Shown piece by piece: positions 55,558-64,000 of a stretch of 64,000 bases of DNA. Source of the DNA: a virus. Taxonomy: Duplodnaviria; Caudoviricetes. Each line of letters starts with the position of its first letter. Within the stretch, counting starts at the first letter, position 1. The notes beneath the pieces were generated by a model that searched no databases, had not been told where the DNA came from, and saw nothing but the letters and a program-made list of their open reading frames with translations. A program made the translations under genes and the position numbers. Location: the IMG/VR virus record IMGVR_UViG_3300042567_001420; one strand, written 5' to 3'.

Positions 55558-56429
55558 CGTTTTAAAATTTTATTATACACTATAGCATCGAACCAATTAA
55601 GGAAGTTATCCAATACTACAAATGACGGAGGGATTCCGTTTAAAAATTTTGGAGCATTAACATAAGATGCATATAGTTCGTCATCTTGATCAACCTTCAT
55701 TATATGTGCAATAGCCTCTTCCTGGCTATTGAAATCGTGTAAATTTATGAATGCGGCAGGATTAAAGTCATTTGCAATTGTTTCGGACCCCCAATAAATT
55801 GGAACAGTTCCTGCATAGAATGCGTGAAGAATTTTCTCCGTAGTATAACCGGGATGAGAAGTATGTTCAAAACAAATATTAAATTTTCTTGTCGAAAGGA
55901 AATTTATTTTGCTTTCTTCGCCTGTTAAATTAGCATTGATGTTGTTATACAATTTGCCGCCGCTATCTACACGTTTAATATTATTTAGCTTATTAAAGAA
56001 TTCATTGCGCTCATTACAATTTGGATTCGATACTACAAACGTACAAAAGTCTGTTTTTTCTTTAATCTCGGGATTAAAGATATAGTTAAAATCAAATCTT
56101 GTTTCATGGATATGCTCTAATGCCCACATATAAATTACATACAAGGGTAATCTGTAATGCCATGGTTCAAATATATGGTCAAAACTAATAGCATAGTCGC
56201 AATCAAAATTCTCAGGTCTACGATTTTCACCTGTGAACAATATCTTAGTACATTGATCTCTGGTGATATTTAAGTTATTACGACCAAAGTTATCATCACC
56301 GAATAATAAAAAATCCGGCGATTCACTCATGCCTACGATATCTACTTTATATCTAGTCTGAAAAAGATATATAAAGAACGTTGCAAGATGATCATGTGTA
56401 TCTGCAAATGCTATTCTCAACGGCTTCAT
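55554..56429 (-). CDS. Family 10 glycosyltransferase (alpha-1,3-fucosyltransferase-like)
   Basis: FTGEN, VDSGG, KFNICFEH...GYTTEKI, PIYWGS. Confidence 0.88.
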   Translation of the reverse strand: MKPLRIAFADTHDHLATFFIYLFQTRYKVDIVGMSESPDFLLFGDDNFGRNNLNITRDQCTKILFTGENRRPENFDCDYAISFDHIFEPWHYRLPLYVIYMWALEHIHETRFDFNYIFNPEIKEKTDFCTFVVSNPNCNERNEFFNKLNNIKRVDSGGKLYNNINANLTGEESKINFLSTRKFNICFEHTSHPGYTTEKILHAFYAGTVPIYWGSETIANDFNPAAFINLHDFNSQEEAIAHIMKVDQDDELYASYVNAPKFLNGIPPSFVVLDNFLNWFDAIVYNKILKR

Positions 56430-57346
56430 GCAAATGCCTGATTCAATGCAGACATAATGTTTTCGTGATCTTTAGCAGTCAATGAATTGCTAAAGATTGG
56501 GATTGCATGATACGTACATTTGATATTTAAATCTTTTGACATTGTCTCATGTACATCTTCATAATCTGGATGCTTAGTATTAAATGATACAAATGTTTTT
56601 GTGTCATCCATATAATTATCATAAGTCTCGCAGAATACATACGGGCCAGAGTTCTTACCAACAATAACATTGCAGTATGTACTTAGATAAGAAATCTCCT
56701 GTAGATCTCCATCGGTAACAGGACCTATAATATCGCCGGTGAATAAAATATTTGTAGCACCCTCAGTATCAAATTTATTAGTGCAGATAAAATGTGTATT
56801 GGGATACATTTCTGCAAAGGGCAAAATGTGTTCCTTCATATCAGAAGAGAATGACTGATTAGATTGAGGTACATTATTGCAGACTAATACTTTTCGAACA
56901 CCAATTGTAGAATTAACATATTGATCTACGCCTGCAATACTTAAAGCATTGTAGCTGATACGAGGCAAATAATCTTCTTTATCTTTATGTAATTTAACAG
57001 AAGTACCGAATGTCTCATTAATTGTATCTACAATGTCGCCCCATTCTTCGTAGATAGTATTCATATTAATACCACCATACTTACAGAACACATCCCAGTT
57101 ACATCCAACCCACGTATTAACAAACAAAGTATCTTCATCCTGATAGAATGGAGTCTTGTTGTCTAAATCATCAGGCGACCCTATTAAAGGAATGCCCAAT
57201 TCTGCAGTTAACTTTTCTGCATTTTTATGCAGATATTCGAATGTAAATTCTGGTAGTTGTGATTGAATGTGACGAATAAATTCTTTATGCGTATGTAGAT
57301 CACCTTTGTGATAATGATTAAAGAAAACAATTTTAGACATTATCAA
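56426..57346 (-). CDS. Hypothetical protein, GT-B-like
   Basis: IVGKNSGP motif; operon context. Confidence 0.45.
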   Translation of the reverse strand: MIMSKIVFFNHYHKGDLHTHKEFIRHIQSQLPEFTFEYLHKNAEKLTAELGIPLIGSPDDLDNKTPFYQDEDTLFVNTWVGCNWDVFCKYGGINMNTIYEEWGDIVDTINETFGTSVKLHKDKEDYLPRISYNALSIAGVDQYVNSTIGVRKVLVCNNVPQSNQSFSSDMKEHILPFAEMYPNTHFICTNKFDTEGATNILFTGDIIGPVTDGDLQEISYLSTYCNVIVGKNSGPYVFCETYDNYMDDTKTFVSFNTKHPDYEDVHETMSKDLNIKCTYHAIPIFSNSLTAKDHENIMSALNQAFA

Positions 57347-57692
57347 TACCTTTATACAATTTAACAGAATCTTCTCTCAAAGATTTTTCATTTTTAATAG
57401 CATCATCAACTAGCAAGTTAATAGCTTGAACATATTTAGGACGCTTAACCTTGAAGCAAATATCAACTTTGCGTTTTAGATCAGCCATCTCTTCATCTGA
57501 TTTTGCAGTTTGAAATGCATCTTCAAGCATCCACATTCTAATATGAATGATAGCAAGTTTCTCAACAATCTCACCAAGATTGTCAGTTGCAATATAATTA
57601 GAATCTGGCATACCAAAGTCTTTAGCATTATCTAAAACATCGTTAACTGTTCTTTTGATAACTTCCTCAATGCTTTCACCTAAATTGGTCAT
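57333..57692 (-). CDS. Hypothetical helical protein (DUF4254-like)
   Basis: EIVEKLAIIHIRMWMLED (family name from recall). Confidence 0.45.
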   Translation of the reverse strand: MTNLGESIEEVIKRTVNDVLDNAKDFGMPDSNYIATDNLGEIVEKLAIIHIRMWMLEDAFQTAKSDEEMADLKRKVDICFKVKRPKYVQAINLLVDDAIKNEKSLREDSVKLYKGIDNV

Positions 57693-58845
57693 TGATTTCT
57701 CCCACTACTTTATCTAAAAATTTCATGTCTGATTCTGTAACAAAATGATTGTTACCGATATAAACACCTTGTGTCTGAATAATGTCAGCATTGGTTCTTT
57801 TCTTAGTAGTTTCTATTTTATAATCTTTAAGAAAAGGCTGTGACAATAAATTACCCGCAACAACTGGTCTGTATTCAATTGTATGTTTAGTGAATGTATC
57901 CTTCATAGCTAACATGATCTCATTTGATCTGCAGATAAAAGGAAAACAGAAGCTGCTAATTGTTTTGGGGTTTTTAATAGTATAAAACAGATTGGGATAT
58001 TTGTCAATAATTTCCGTAAATAGTTTGTGATTTCTATTTCGAATCTCAACCATTTTATCCAAACGTTTTAATTGCGAGATACCAAGTACAGCACAAATTT
58101 CATGATTTCTAAAATTGTATCCGTCGGTAACAAACAAGAATTGTTTATCCACATCAGGATATTTTTTAGCATACTCATCGAATTTAATTGATTCTCTTGC
58201 CATACCATGGCTTCGTTTAATTTTCATCAAATCATAAAGCTTAGTATTGTTTGTGGAAATCATTCCACCTTCTACTGTAGACATATGATGTCCAAAATAG
58301 AAACTGAATGTGGCGCCTAAACTATTTGAACCACATTTTTCGCCGTATGGTGTTTTGCAACCATGTGATTCGCAGATATCATCTAATATAATTGCTCTAG
58401 GGAAAATGCGTTTAATACCTTCATTGTTTGCGGAAAACCCTAACAAATGAGTAATGAATACCATTTTAATATCATGCTTCAATGCAATCAATCTAGCTTC
58501 TTCGAGATCAAAACTAAAATTATCTAGATTAACATCACAAAATACTGGTTCAAGACCAAGCTGCATAATAGGTGAAACATTCGTCATCCATGTGCAAGCA
58601 GGAACTAATACTTTGTCACCCGCTTTTAATTTGTATAACTCTTTAACTGCCGCTACCAATAAGAAGTTTGCAGTACTTCCGCTAGAAACATATAAAGAAT
58701 GTTTTGCGCCAAGCCATTCACTCCATTCGTTTTCGAATTGTTTTACCTTTTCACCGAATGTGAATTTCTTAGCTGTCAGCGCAAAATGCGCCATCTTCAA
58801 TCTGTCCATAAAGGTGATTGTCTCACCCATCAACGGCCACTTCAT
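57676..58845 (-). CDS. DegT/DnrJ family PLP enzyme, ColD-like 3-dehydratase
   Basis: SSGSTAN, DICESHG, SFYFGHHMSTVEGG (His at the usual Lys position), GYNFR. Confidence 0.75.
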   Translation of the reverse strand: MKWPLMGETITFMDRLKMAHFALTAKKFTFGEKVKQFENEWSEWLGAKHSLYVSSGSTANFLLVAAVKELYKLKAGDKVLVPACTWMTNVSPIMQLGLEPVFCDVNLDNFSFDLEEARLIALKHDIKMVFITHLLGFSANNEGIKRIFPRAIILDDICESHGCKTPYGEKCGSNSLGATFSFYFGHHMSTVEGGMISTNNTKLYDLMKIKRSHGMARESIKFDEYAKKYPDVDKQFLFVTDGYNFRNHEICAVLGISQLKRLDKMVEIRNRNHKLFTEIIDKYPNLFYTIKNPKTISSFCFPFICRSNEIMLAMKDTFTKHTIEYRPVVAGNLLSQPFLKDYKIETTKKRTNADIIQTQGVYIGNNHFVTESDMKFLDKVVGEINDQFR

Positions 58846-59777
58846 AGTATACCTTTTTCTGTTTTATACCAATCAATCGTACGCTTGAGTCCTTCCTCAA
58901 ACGATACCTTTGGTTTCCATCCCATGGAAAACAATCTTGAGTTTTCCATTTTGCGTCTAGGTGTACCATTAGGTAGAGTTGTATCCCACTTAATTTCACC
59001 CTTGAAACCAACAGCATCTTTAATTAATTCTGAAAGTTCTTTAATTGGAATTTCAACATCGCTACCTACATTAATAAATTCAGCTTTGTCGTAATTATTC
59101 ATCAAGAACAAACAAGCATCTGCTAAATCATCTACATATAAAAATTCTCGTGTAGGTGATCCATCTCCCCAGCACATAATACTATCTTCATTGTTCTTCA
59201 TTGCGTTAAAGAACTTAGTAATGATACCTGGGATAACGTGACCTTGCTCAGGAATAAAATTGTCATGAGGCCCATACAAATTTGCAGGCATCAAACTAAT
59301 AGCGTTGAAACCATATTGACGTCTGTAATATTCGCACATACGCATACCTGTAATTTTAGCTAATGCGTAACCTTCATTAGAAGGTTCTAGTGGCGCTGTT
59401 AACAGGTATTCTTCTTTAATAGGTTGAGGGGTGACCTTAGGATAAATGCAGGCCGAACCCAAGAACAATAATTTACTACAATTGTTTCTATATGCTGCAT
59501 CAATTACGTTAGTCTGAATAGCAAGGTTATCATAAATAAACTCAGCAGGATTAGTTGCGTTATAATTGATACCTCCGACTTTAGCTGCTGCTAAGAAAAC
59601 ATATTCAGGTTTTTCTGTACTAAAGAAATTACGAACTGCTTGTTGATCTCGTAAATCCAATTCACTTTTAGAACGAAGAATTAGATTATCGTAACCCTCA
59701 TTCTGAAGTTTACGCACAATAGCAGATCCTACTAAACCATTATGACCTGCAATAAAAATTTTACTATTTTTTTCCAT
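58842..59777 (-). CDS. fcl: GDP-L-fucose synthase (or ColC-type epimerase-reductase)
   Basis: GHNGLVG, AAAKVGGI, GSACIYP, YALAK, NLYGP, GTPRR; start set to MEKNSKIF. Confidence 0.92.
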   Translation of the reverse strand: MEKNSKIFIAGHNGLVGSAIVRKLQNEGYDNLILRSKSELDLRDQQAVRNFFSTEKPEYVFLAAAKVGGINYNATNPAEFIYDNLAIQTNVIDAAYRNNCSKLLFLGSACIYPKVTPQPIKEEYLLTAPLEPSNEGYALAKITGMRMCEYYRRQYGFNAISLMPANLYGPHDNFIPEQGHVIPGIITKFFNAMKNNEDSIMCWGDGSPTREFLYVDDLADACLFLMNNYDKAEFINVGSDVEIPIKELSELIKDAVGFKGEIKWDTTLPNGTPRRKMENSRLFSMGWKPKVSFEEGLKRTIDWYKTEKGIL

Positions 59778-59784
59778 ATTATCC

Positions 59785-60792
59785 TCACTCAAAATTAGTA
59801 CACATATCTTCAACTAAACTATCGAATGTATGCTCAGGCTGCCAACCTAACACACTCTTTGCCTTTGATGGATCGCCCAATAAAGTTTCTACTTCTGCAG
59901 GGCGGAAGTATTTTTCATCTACTCGAATAATTACTTTATTATTGTAATTATTAATACCTACTTCGTTTAGGCCTGCGCCTTCCCAACGAATAGACAAGTG
60001 ATAGTATGGCGCGCACTTATTAACAAAATCTTTTACCGAATATTGTTCACCGGTGGCAATAACAAAATCATCAGGTGTGTCTTGTTGCAACATTAACCAC
60101 ATTGCTTTAACATAATCTTTAGCGTGCCCCCAATCACGTTTTGCATTTAAATTGCCCATAGATAAACATTCTTGCCGACCTGAACTAATTGCTTCAAGTC
60201 CATCTACAATTTTCTTGGTTACAAAATTATGTCCTCGACGAGGAGATTCATGATTAAATAAAATACCAGAACAGGCAAACATATTATAAGATTCACGATA
60301 ATTTTTAACAATCCAAAATCCATATAGTTTAGCTACACCATATGGTGAGCGAGGATAAAATGGGGTTGTTTCTTTTTGTGGGATTTCTTGCACCAATCCA
60401 TATAACTCAGATGTAGATGCCTGATAAATTTTAGTCTTATGTTCTAAATTTAGTAATCTAACTGATTCAAGAATTTTTAAAGTACCTAATGCATCAACTT
60501 GTGCAGTATATTCAGGAGTCTCAAATGAAACTTTAACATGACTTTGTGCAGCCAAATTATAGATTTCATCTGGCTCATACTTTTTAAGTATGTTCATAAG
60601 TGACAAAGAGTCAGTTACGTCGCCATAATGTAGTTTTAAATTTGGGTTATCGTAGATGTGGTCGATGCGACCTGTGTTGATTGACGAACTACGTCTAATA
60701 ATGCCGTGAACCATATAACCCTTTTCGAGTAATAGTTCTGCAAGGTACGATCCGTCTTGGCCTGTAATACCAGTAATTAATGCTGTTTTCAT
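59785..60792 (-). CDS. gmd: GDP-mannose 4,6-dehydratase
   Basis: [37 protein letters not shown]. Confidence 0.96.
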   Translation of the reverse strand: MKTALITGITGQDGSYLAELLLEKGYMVHGIIRRSSSINTGRIDHIYDNPNLKLHYGDVTDSLSLMNILKKYEPDEIYNLAAQSHVKVSFETPEYTAQVDALGTLKILESVRLLNLEHKTKIYQASTSELYGLVQEIPQKETTPFYPRSPYGVAKLYGFWIVKNYRESYNMFACSGILFNHESPRRGHNFVTKKIVDGLEAISSGRQECLSMGNLNAKRDWGHAKDYVKAMWLMLQQDTPDDFVIATGEQYSVKDFVNKCAPYYHLSIRWEGAGLNEVGINNYNNKVIIRVDEKYFRPAEVETLLGDPSKAKSVLGWQPEHTFDSLVEDMCTNFE

Positions 60793-60826
60793 TTTCAATT
60801 CCTATAATGAATTTATAATATACATT

Positions 60827-60834
60827 TATTTATA
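60827..60834 (-). promoter_or_regulatory. T4-type late promoter for the glycan operon
   Basis: TATAAATA ~35 nt upstream of gmd. Confidence 0.7.
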
Positions 60835-60850
60835 ACACCTTAAATAGGTT

Positions 60851-60872
60851 AAAGGGCACTTTCGTGCCCTTT
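60851..60872. terminator. Hairpin terminator after the AAA+ gene
   Basis: AAAGGGCAC-TTTC-GTGCCCTTT. Confidence 0.7.
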
Positions 60873-60888
60873 GGTTAAATTAAAGTAT

Positions 60889-62076
60889 TTAAAATGGGAT
60901 GTCCTCATCCTCTGTAACCTTGTTTTCTTGAACTGGGGCAATTGGTTCTTCCATCGGAGGGGAATCAATCTTAGAATACAAATCCATAAACGCATTCTTT
61001 GTGTCATCGTCAAAACGATTAATACACAGATTAATTGCCTTGCTACGATCTTTAAATACTGAAAATGCTTTTACAATATGAACAAGACGTCGAGTAGAAA
61101 TCAATTCGTCAATTGCATCTTCCATATATGTCTTACGAATAATCTCTGCCCATGCAACCAACTTGTCTGCAAATTCTTCATCCACGCAATTGCTTGTTTC
61201 CATATTGTTGATAATGATCTTGCGCTCAATTGATGTTGAAGGATATTCTTGTTCAACTGTAATTGGGAATCGCTCTAAGAAAGCTTCGTCAAGAATTTGT
61301 GCCGCAATATACTTGCCGTCATCTGTACCTCGACCTTTAGTATTTGCTGTAGCAATAACATTAAAGCCTTCGGCCGGATAAATTACTTCACCGTTCTTTT
61401 TATTAAAGTATGACTTGCCTTCAAGGATACCCTGAATACACATCAACTTATTTGAACCACGATCAATTTCGTCAATCAAAAGAACTGCGCCACGCTTCAT
61501 TGCTGTAATAACTGGACCTTCACGGAATGTAACATTGCCGTCAATCAAAGTAGAACCACCTACAAGGTCATCCTCATCGGTTTCAATAGAAACATTGACA
61601 CGAATACATTCACGTTTTAATTTAGCACATACTTGTTCTACCATTGTAGTTTTACCGTTACCAGTAAGACCAGTAATAAACAATGGATAAAATGCTTTAG
61701 ATTTTACAATAGATTCTAGATCTTTATAAAAACCAAACGGCACATATGTTGCGTCTTTATTTGGAATTAGGTTGTCAACCTCTGTTACTAGTTTGCGTTG
61801 ACGCAATTGAACAACTTGAGCTTGCATTGCAGGCATTTCTACAGGAGAAGCTGTTACTGGAGTATGGGGAATGTTATTCATTTTATCTGTTCCAAATGCA
61901 TCAAGATTAATAATACCACGGCCTGCTCGATATGCCTCACCGTTGATCAACCAGTTAGGCATAGTAATGTCTTTTTGCTTGATAAAAGCAATAACATCTT
62001 TTCTAGCAGCGGTTTTACCAAATGCTTGAATCAGATCAGATACAATTTGTTTCTTTTGAATGTCAGTAGATTTCAT
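60889..62076 (-). CDS. MoxR/CobS-like AAA+ ATPase
   Basis: GLTGNGKT, LLIDEID, ATANTKG, FLERF. Confidence 0.9.
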   Translation of the reverse strand: MKSTDIQKKQIVSDLIQAFGKTAARKDVIAFIKQKDITMPNWLINGEAYRAGRGIINLDAFGTDKMNNIPHTPVTASPVEMPAMQAQVVQLRQRKLVTEVDNLIPNKDATYVPFGFYKDLESIVKSKAFYPLFITGLTGNGKTTMVEQVCAKLKRECIRVNVSIETDEDDLVGGSTLIDGNVTFREGPVITAMKRGAVLLIDEIDRGSNKLMCIQGILEGKSYFNKKNGEVIYPAEGFNVIATANTKGRGTDDGKYIAAQILDEAFLERFPITVEQEYPSTSIERKIIINNMETSNCVDEEFADKLVAWAEIIRKTYMEDAIDELISTRRLVHIVKAFSVFKDRSKAINLCINRFDDDTKNAFMDLYSKIDSPPMEEPIAPVQENKVTEDEDIPF

Positions 62077-62107
62077 AATAAAGTAGTCTCACGGTTAATC
62101 ATAATTA

Positions 62108-62136
62108 ATTATAACACCTTTTGGTTTCGGTGTCAA
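62108..62136 (-). promoter_or_regulatory. sigma70-type early promoter
   Basis: TTGACA-N17-TATAAT with TG extended -10. Confidence 0.85.
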
Positions 62137-64000
62137 GCAATTTCTGCAATAAATTTGTTCAAAAGCACACGATTAATTAGCTTTTTCTTTTGATTTGTAA
62201 TAAAAGCTTTCATAATATCCTTTTTGGACGAATCTTTTTCAACAGATAATTCGGAATTTTCTACAATCAAATCTTTATTATTTACCAAAAAATACTTGTC
62301 ATATCCTGCATCTTTTAGATCGTAAAATTTATTCTTTCGCATAAATGTATAAATCGAATCCACATTCTCAGTAGGCTGACCTGCAGTACCGAGGAATCCT
62401 TTAATACCATTTCTGCTAGTATATGAACTAATATAATATCCAACTAAATTTGTACCTGTGCGTTCTTTCAACAAACGAAGTAAAGCAGTAGTCATATGTT
62501 CACGGGGTTTTGCATAACCAACTTTACCTGTTTCTTTATCAGTTATAATAAGATTATAACCTTTATGCTTGCTTGCATTATATTCGGAAGATATCATACG
62601 ACCATAAGATCTCTGTTCGCCATTTTTTTCGTCAATCACAACTAGCATATCGGTATCGTTAGCTTCGCCATCTGTTAGGAAAATAGTGTTTACTACATCT
62701 AATCGATAAGCTGTCTTAAATTCTGGAATGATATAATTAGCAAGAACCAATGCTTCATTCAACGGGGTACCTGCTAAACGCAATTCAAGAGGTAATTGGC
62801 GTTCACGAAATCTTGCAATTGATGCGTCTGTATGGTTATATCTATCTTTAAGATAATATTCATACACTTTACCATATTGAAGCAGACGTGTTTGAGCTGT
62901 ACGATATTGTTTGCTATCCATAGTATTAGATAATAACTGCAACAAACGGAAACTTCTGTCTTCTAAGCAAAGATCTTTCGATCTGCGGGAATACCGAATT
63001 TTAGCATTTTTAGAAAAACCTAAATGAGATTCAAATCCTGCATCGCAGTTTGTAAACGCATAAACTTCAAAAGGAATATTAACCTTGCGACAAAAATCTG
63101 CAAGAATCAAAGTTTGTTCAATTGTAGATGTAATGTTGTTTGTCATTGAACCCGACCAATCAACGAACATTACCATGCCGTGATTCTTGCCGAATGGAAT
63201 TTTAGTAACACGCTTGAAAAGATCTTCTTTGAATTTATATGCGAATACTTTTTCAACATCCAACTCACCTGTCTTAGACACACTTGCTCTGGCAAATTGC
63301 GCAGCATTTCGTTTCAATTCAAATTCTTTAACAAGATATTGAATGAATCTTGAATTTGTTTCTTTGTATTCTGATAATAGTGTAGTTGGATTAAATGCGT
63401 CGCCTTCTTTCAATGTCATGTCATACGTTGCATTGGCAACCTGTTCTTTAACAAAGGTTTGATAATTATCAACTGAGGTCCAAGCAGATTGTTCGTATAC
63501 TTTTTTATAGGATACAATAAAATCTTTAGTATTTACTAATGGTAAATTGACATAACAGTATGGTCGGATTTCGTCAGAAATAAGGGTTTCTTCTTTTTGA
63601 CGGAATACTTTGTCTGTGAATGATTCTGGGTCAATATCCCTAGTCATTCCACGATATTGTTTTCTCTTTGAATCTAAGTCCTCGTCACCATCCTCATCTT
63701 CATCTGAAAAGTCTGAATCATATTCAGAATCAATATCATAATCGCCACCTTCGTCTTCACCATCTTCACCATCTTCCCCTGGTTCATATTCAAAATCGTC
63801 AAACGAGTTTGTTTGCATTTCTTCTTTGCGAAGCTCATAAAGACTTTTGGCAATTCTAAGAACATCATCCCAGTGCGATGCATTATCAATGTCAGTTAAA
63901 ATTGCTTGTTCATCGGATGAGAAATGAACATTCATAAAAGGACCAACCTTATAGTGCAGATTAATTCGGTCTATCAATGCCAAGCCATTAATATCCACAT
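62133..64000 (-). CDS. CobT-like vWA-domain protein, 5' end outside the window
   Basis: FVDWSGSM MIDAS, GTPL, FLTDGE; acidic linker. Confidence 0.8.
   Translation of the reverse strand, partial: VDINGLALIDRINLHYKVGPFMNVHFSSDEQAILTDIDNASHWDDVLRIAKSLYELRKEEMQTNSFDDFEYEPGEDGEDGEDEGGDYDIDSEYDSDFSDEDEDGDEDLDSKRKQYRGMTRDIDPESFTDKVFRQKEETLISDEIRPYCYVNLPLVNTKDFIVSYKKVYEQSAWTSVDNYQTFVKEQVANATYDMTLKEGDAFNPTTLLSEYKETNSRFIQYLVKEFELKRNAAQFARASVSKTGELDVEKVFAYKFKEDLFKRVTKIPFGKNHGMVMFVDWSGSMTNNITSTIEQTLILADFCRKVNIPFEVYAFTNCDAGFESHLGFSKNAKIRYSRRSKDLCLEDRSFRLLQLLSNTMDSKQYRTAQTRLLQYGKVYEYYLKDRYNHTDASIARFRERQLPLELRLAGTPLNEALVLANYIIPEFKTAYRLDVVNTIFLTDGEANDTDMLVVIDEKNGEQRSYGRMISSEYNASKHKGYNLIITDKETGKVGYAKPREHMTTALLRLLKERTGTNLVGYYISSYTSRNGIKGFLGTAGQPTENVDSIYTFMRKNKFYDLKDAGYDKYFLVNNKDLIVENSELSVEKDSSKKDIMKAFITNQKKKLINRVLLNKFIAEIA

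Noticed and set aside
43547-60798. Host chromosomal O-antigen locus or chimeric assembly
   Set aside because: Genes are coupled to and interleaved with T4 core-type genes, start at a phage late promoter, and lack wzx/wzy/wzm; read coverage would confirm.

Overview
This is a 64 kb AT-rich segment of a large T4-like (myovirus-type) phage genome; rpoZ, iscU/iscA/erpA and sigma70 promoters suggest a proteobacterial host. Almost all genes are on the minus strand. Left to right: (1) a partial repeat-rich tail-fibre-like gene and a late operon whose products mostly start with a motif like the T4 internal-protein capsid-targeting sequence, including a ligase-like protein, a HIGH-type nucleotidyltransferase, a nuclease-like protein and Dps; (2) RNAP omega and an ADP-heptose-type gene cluster; (3) a tRNA region (24 tRNAs in the window covering all amino acids but Phe, plus one degenerate tRNA) with four structured non-tRNA elements; (4) the T4 replication core (gp41, gp40-like, UvsX, gp43, RegA, gp62, gp44, gp45), split by a ~9 kb plus-strand island (RCC1 repeat protein, secreted proteins, Fe-S assembly, LpxH-like, GT2); (5) a ~16 kb, 19-gene nucleotide-sugar/glycosyltransferase operon behind a late promoter (Gmd, Fcl, ColD-like, GT10, RfbH, split YerE-like enzyme); (6) a CobS/CobT-like AAA+/vWA pair. 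All calls come from reading motifs by eye; no database searches were run.
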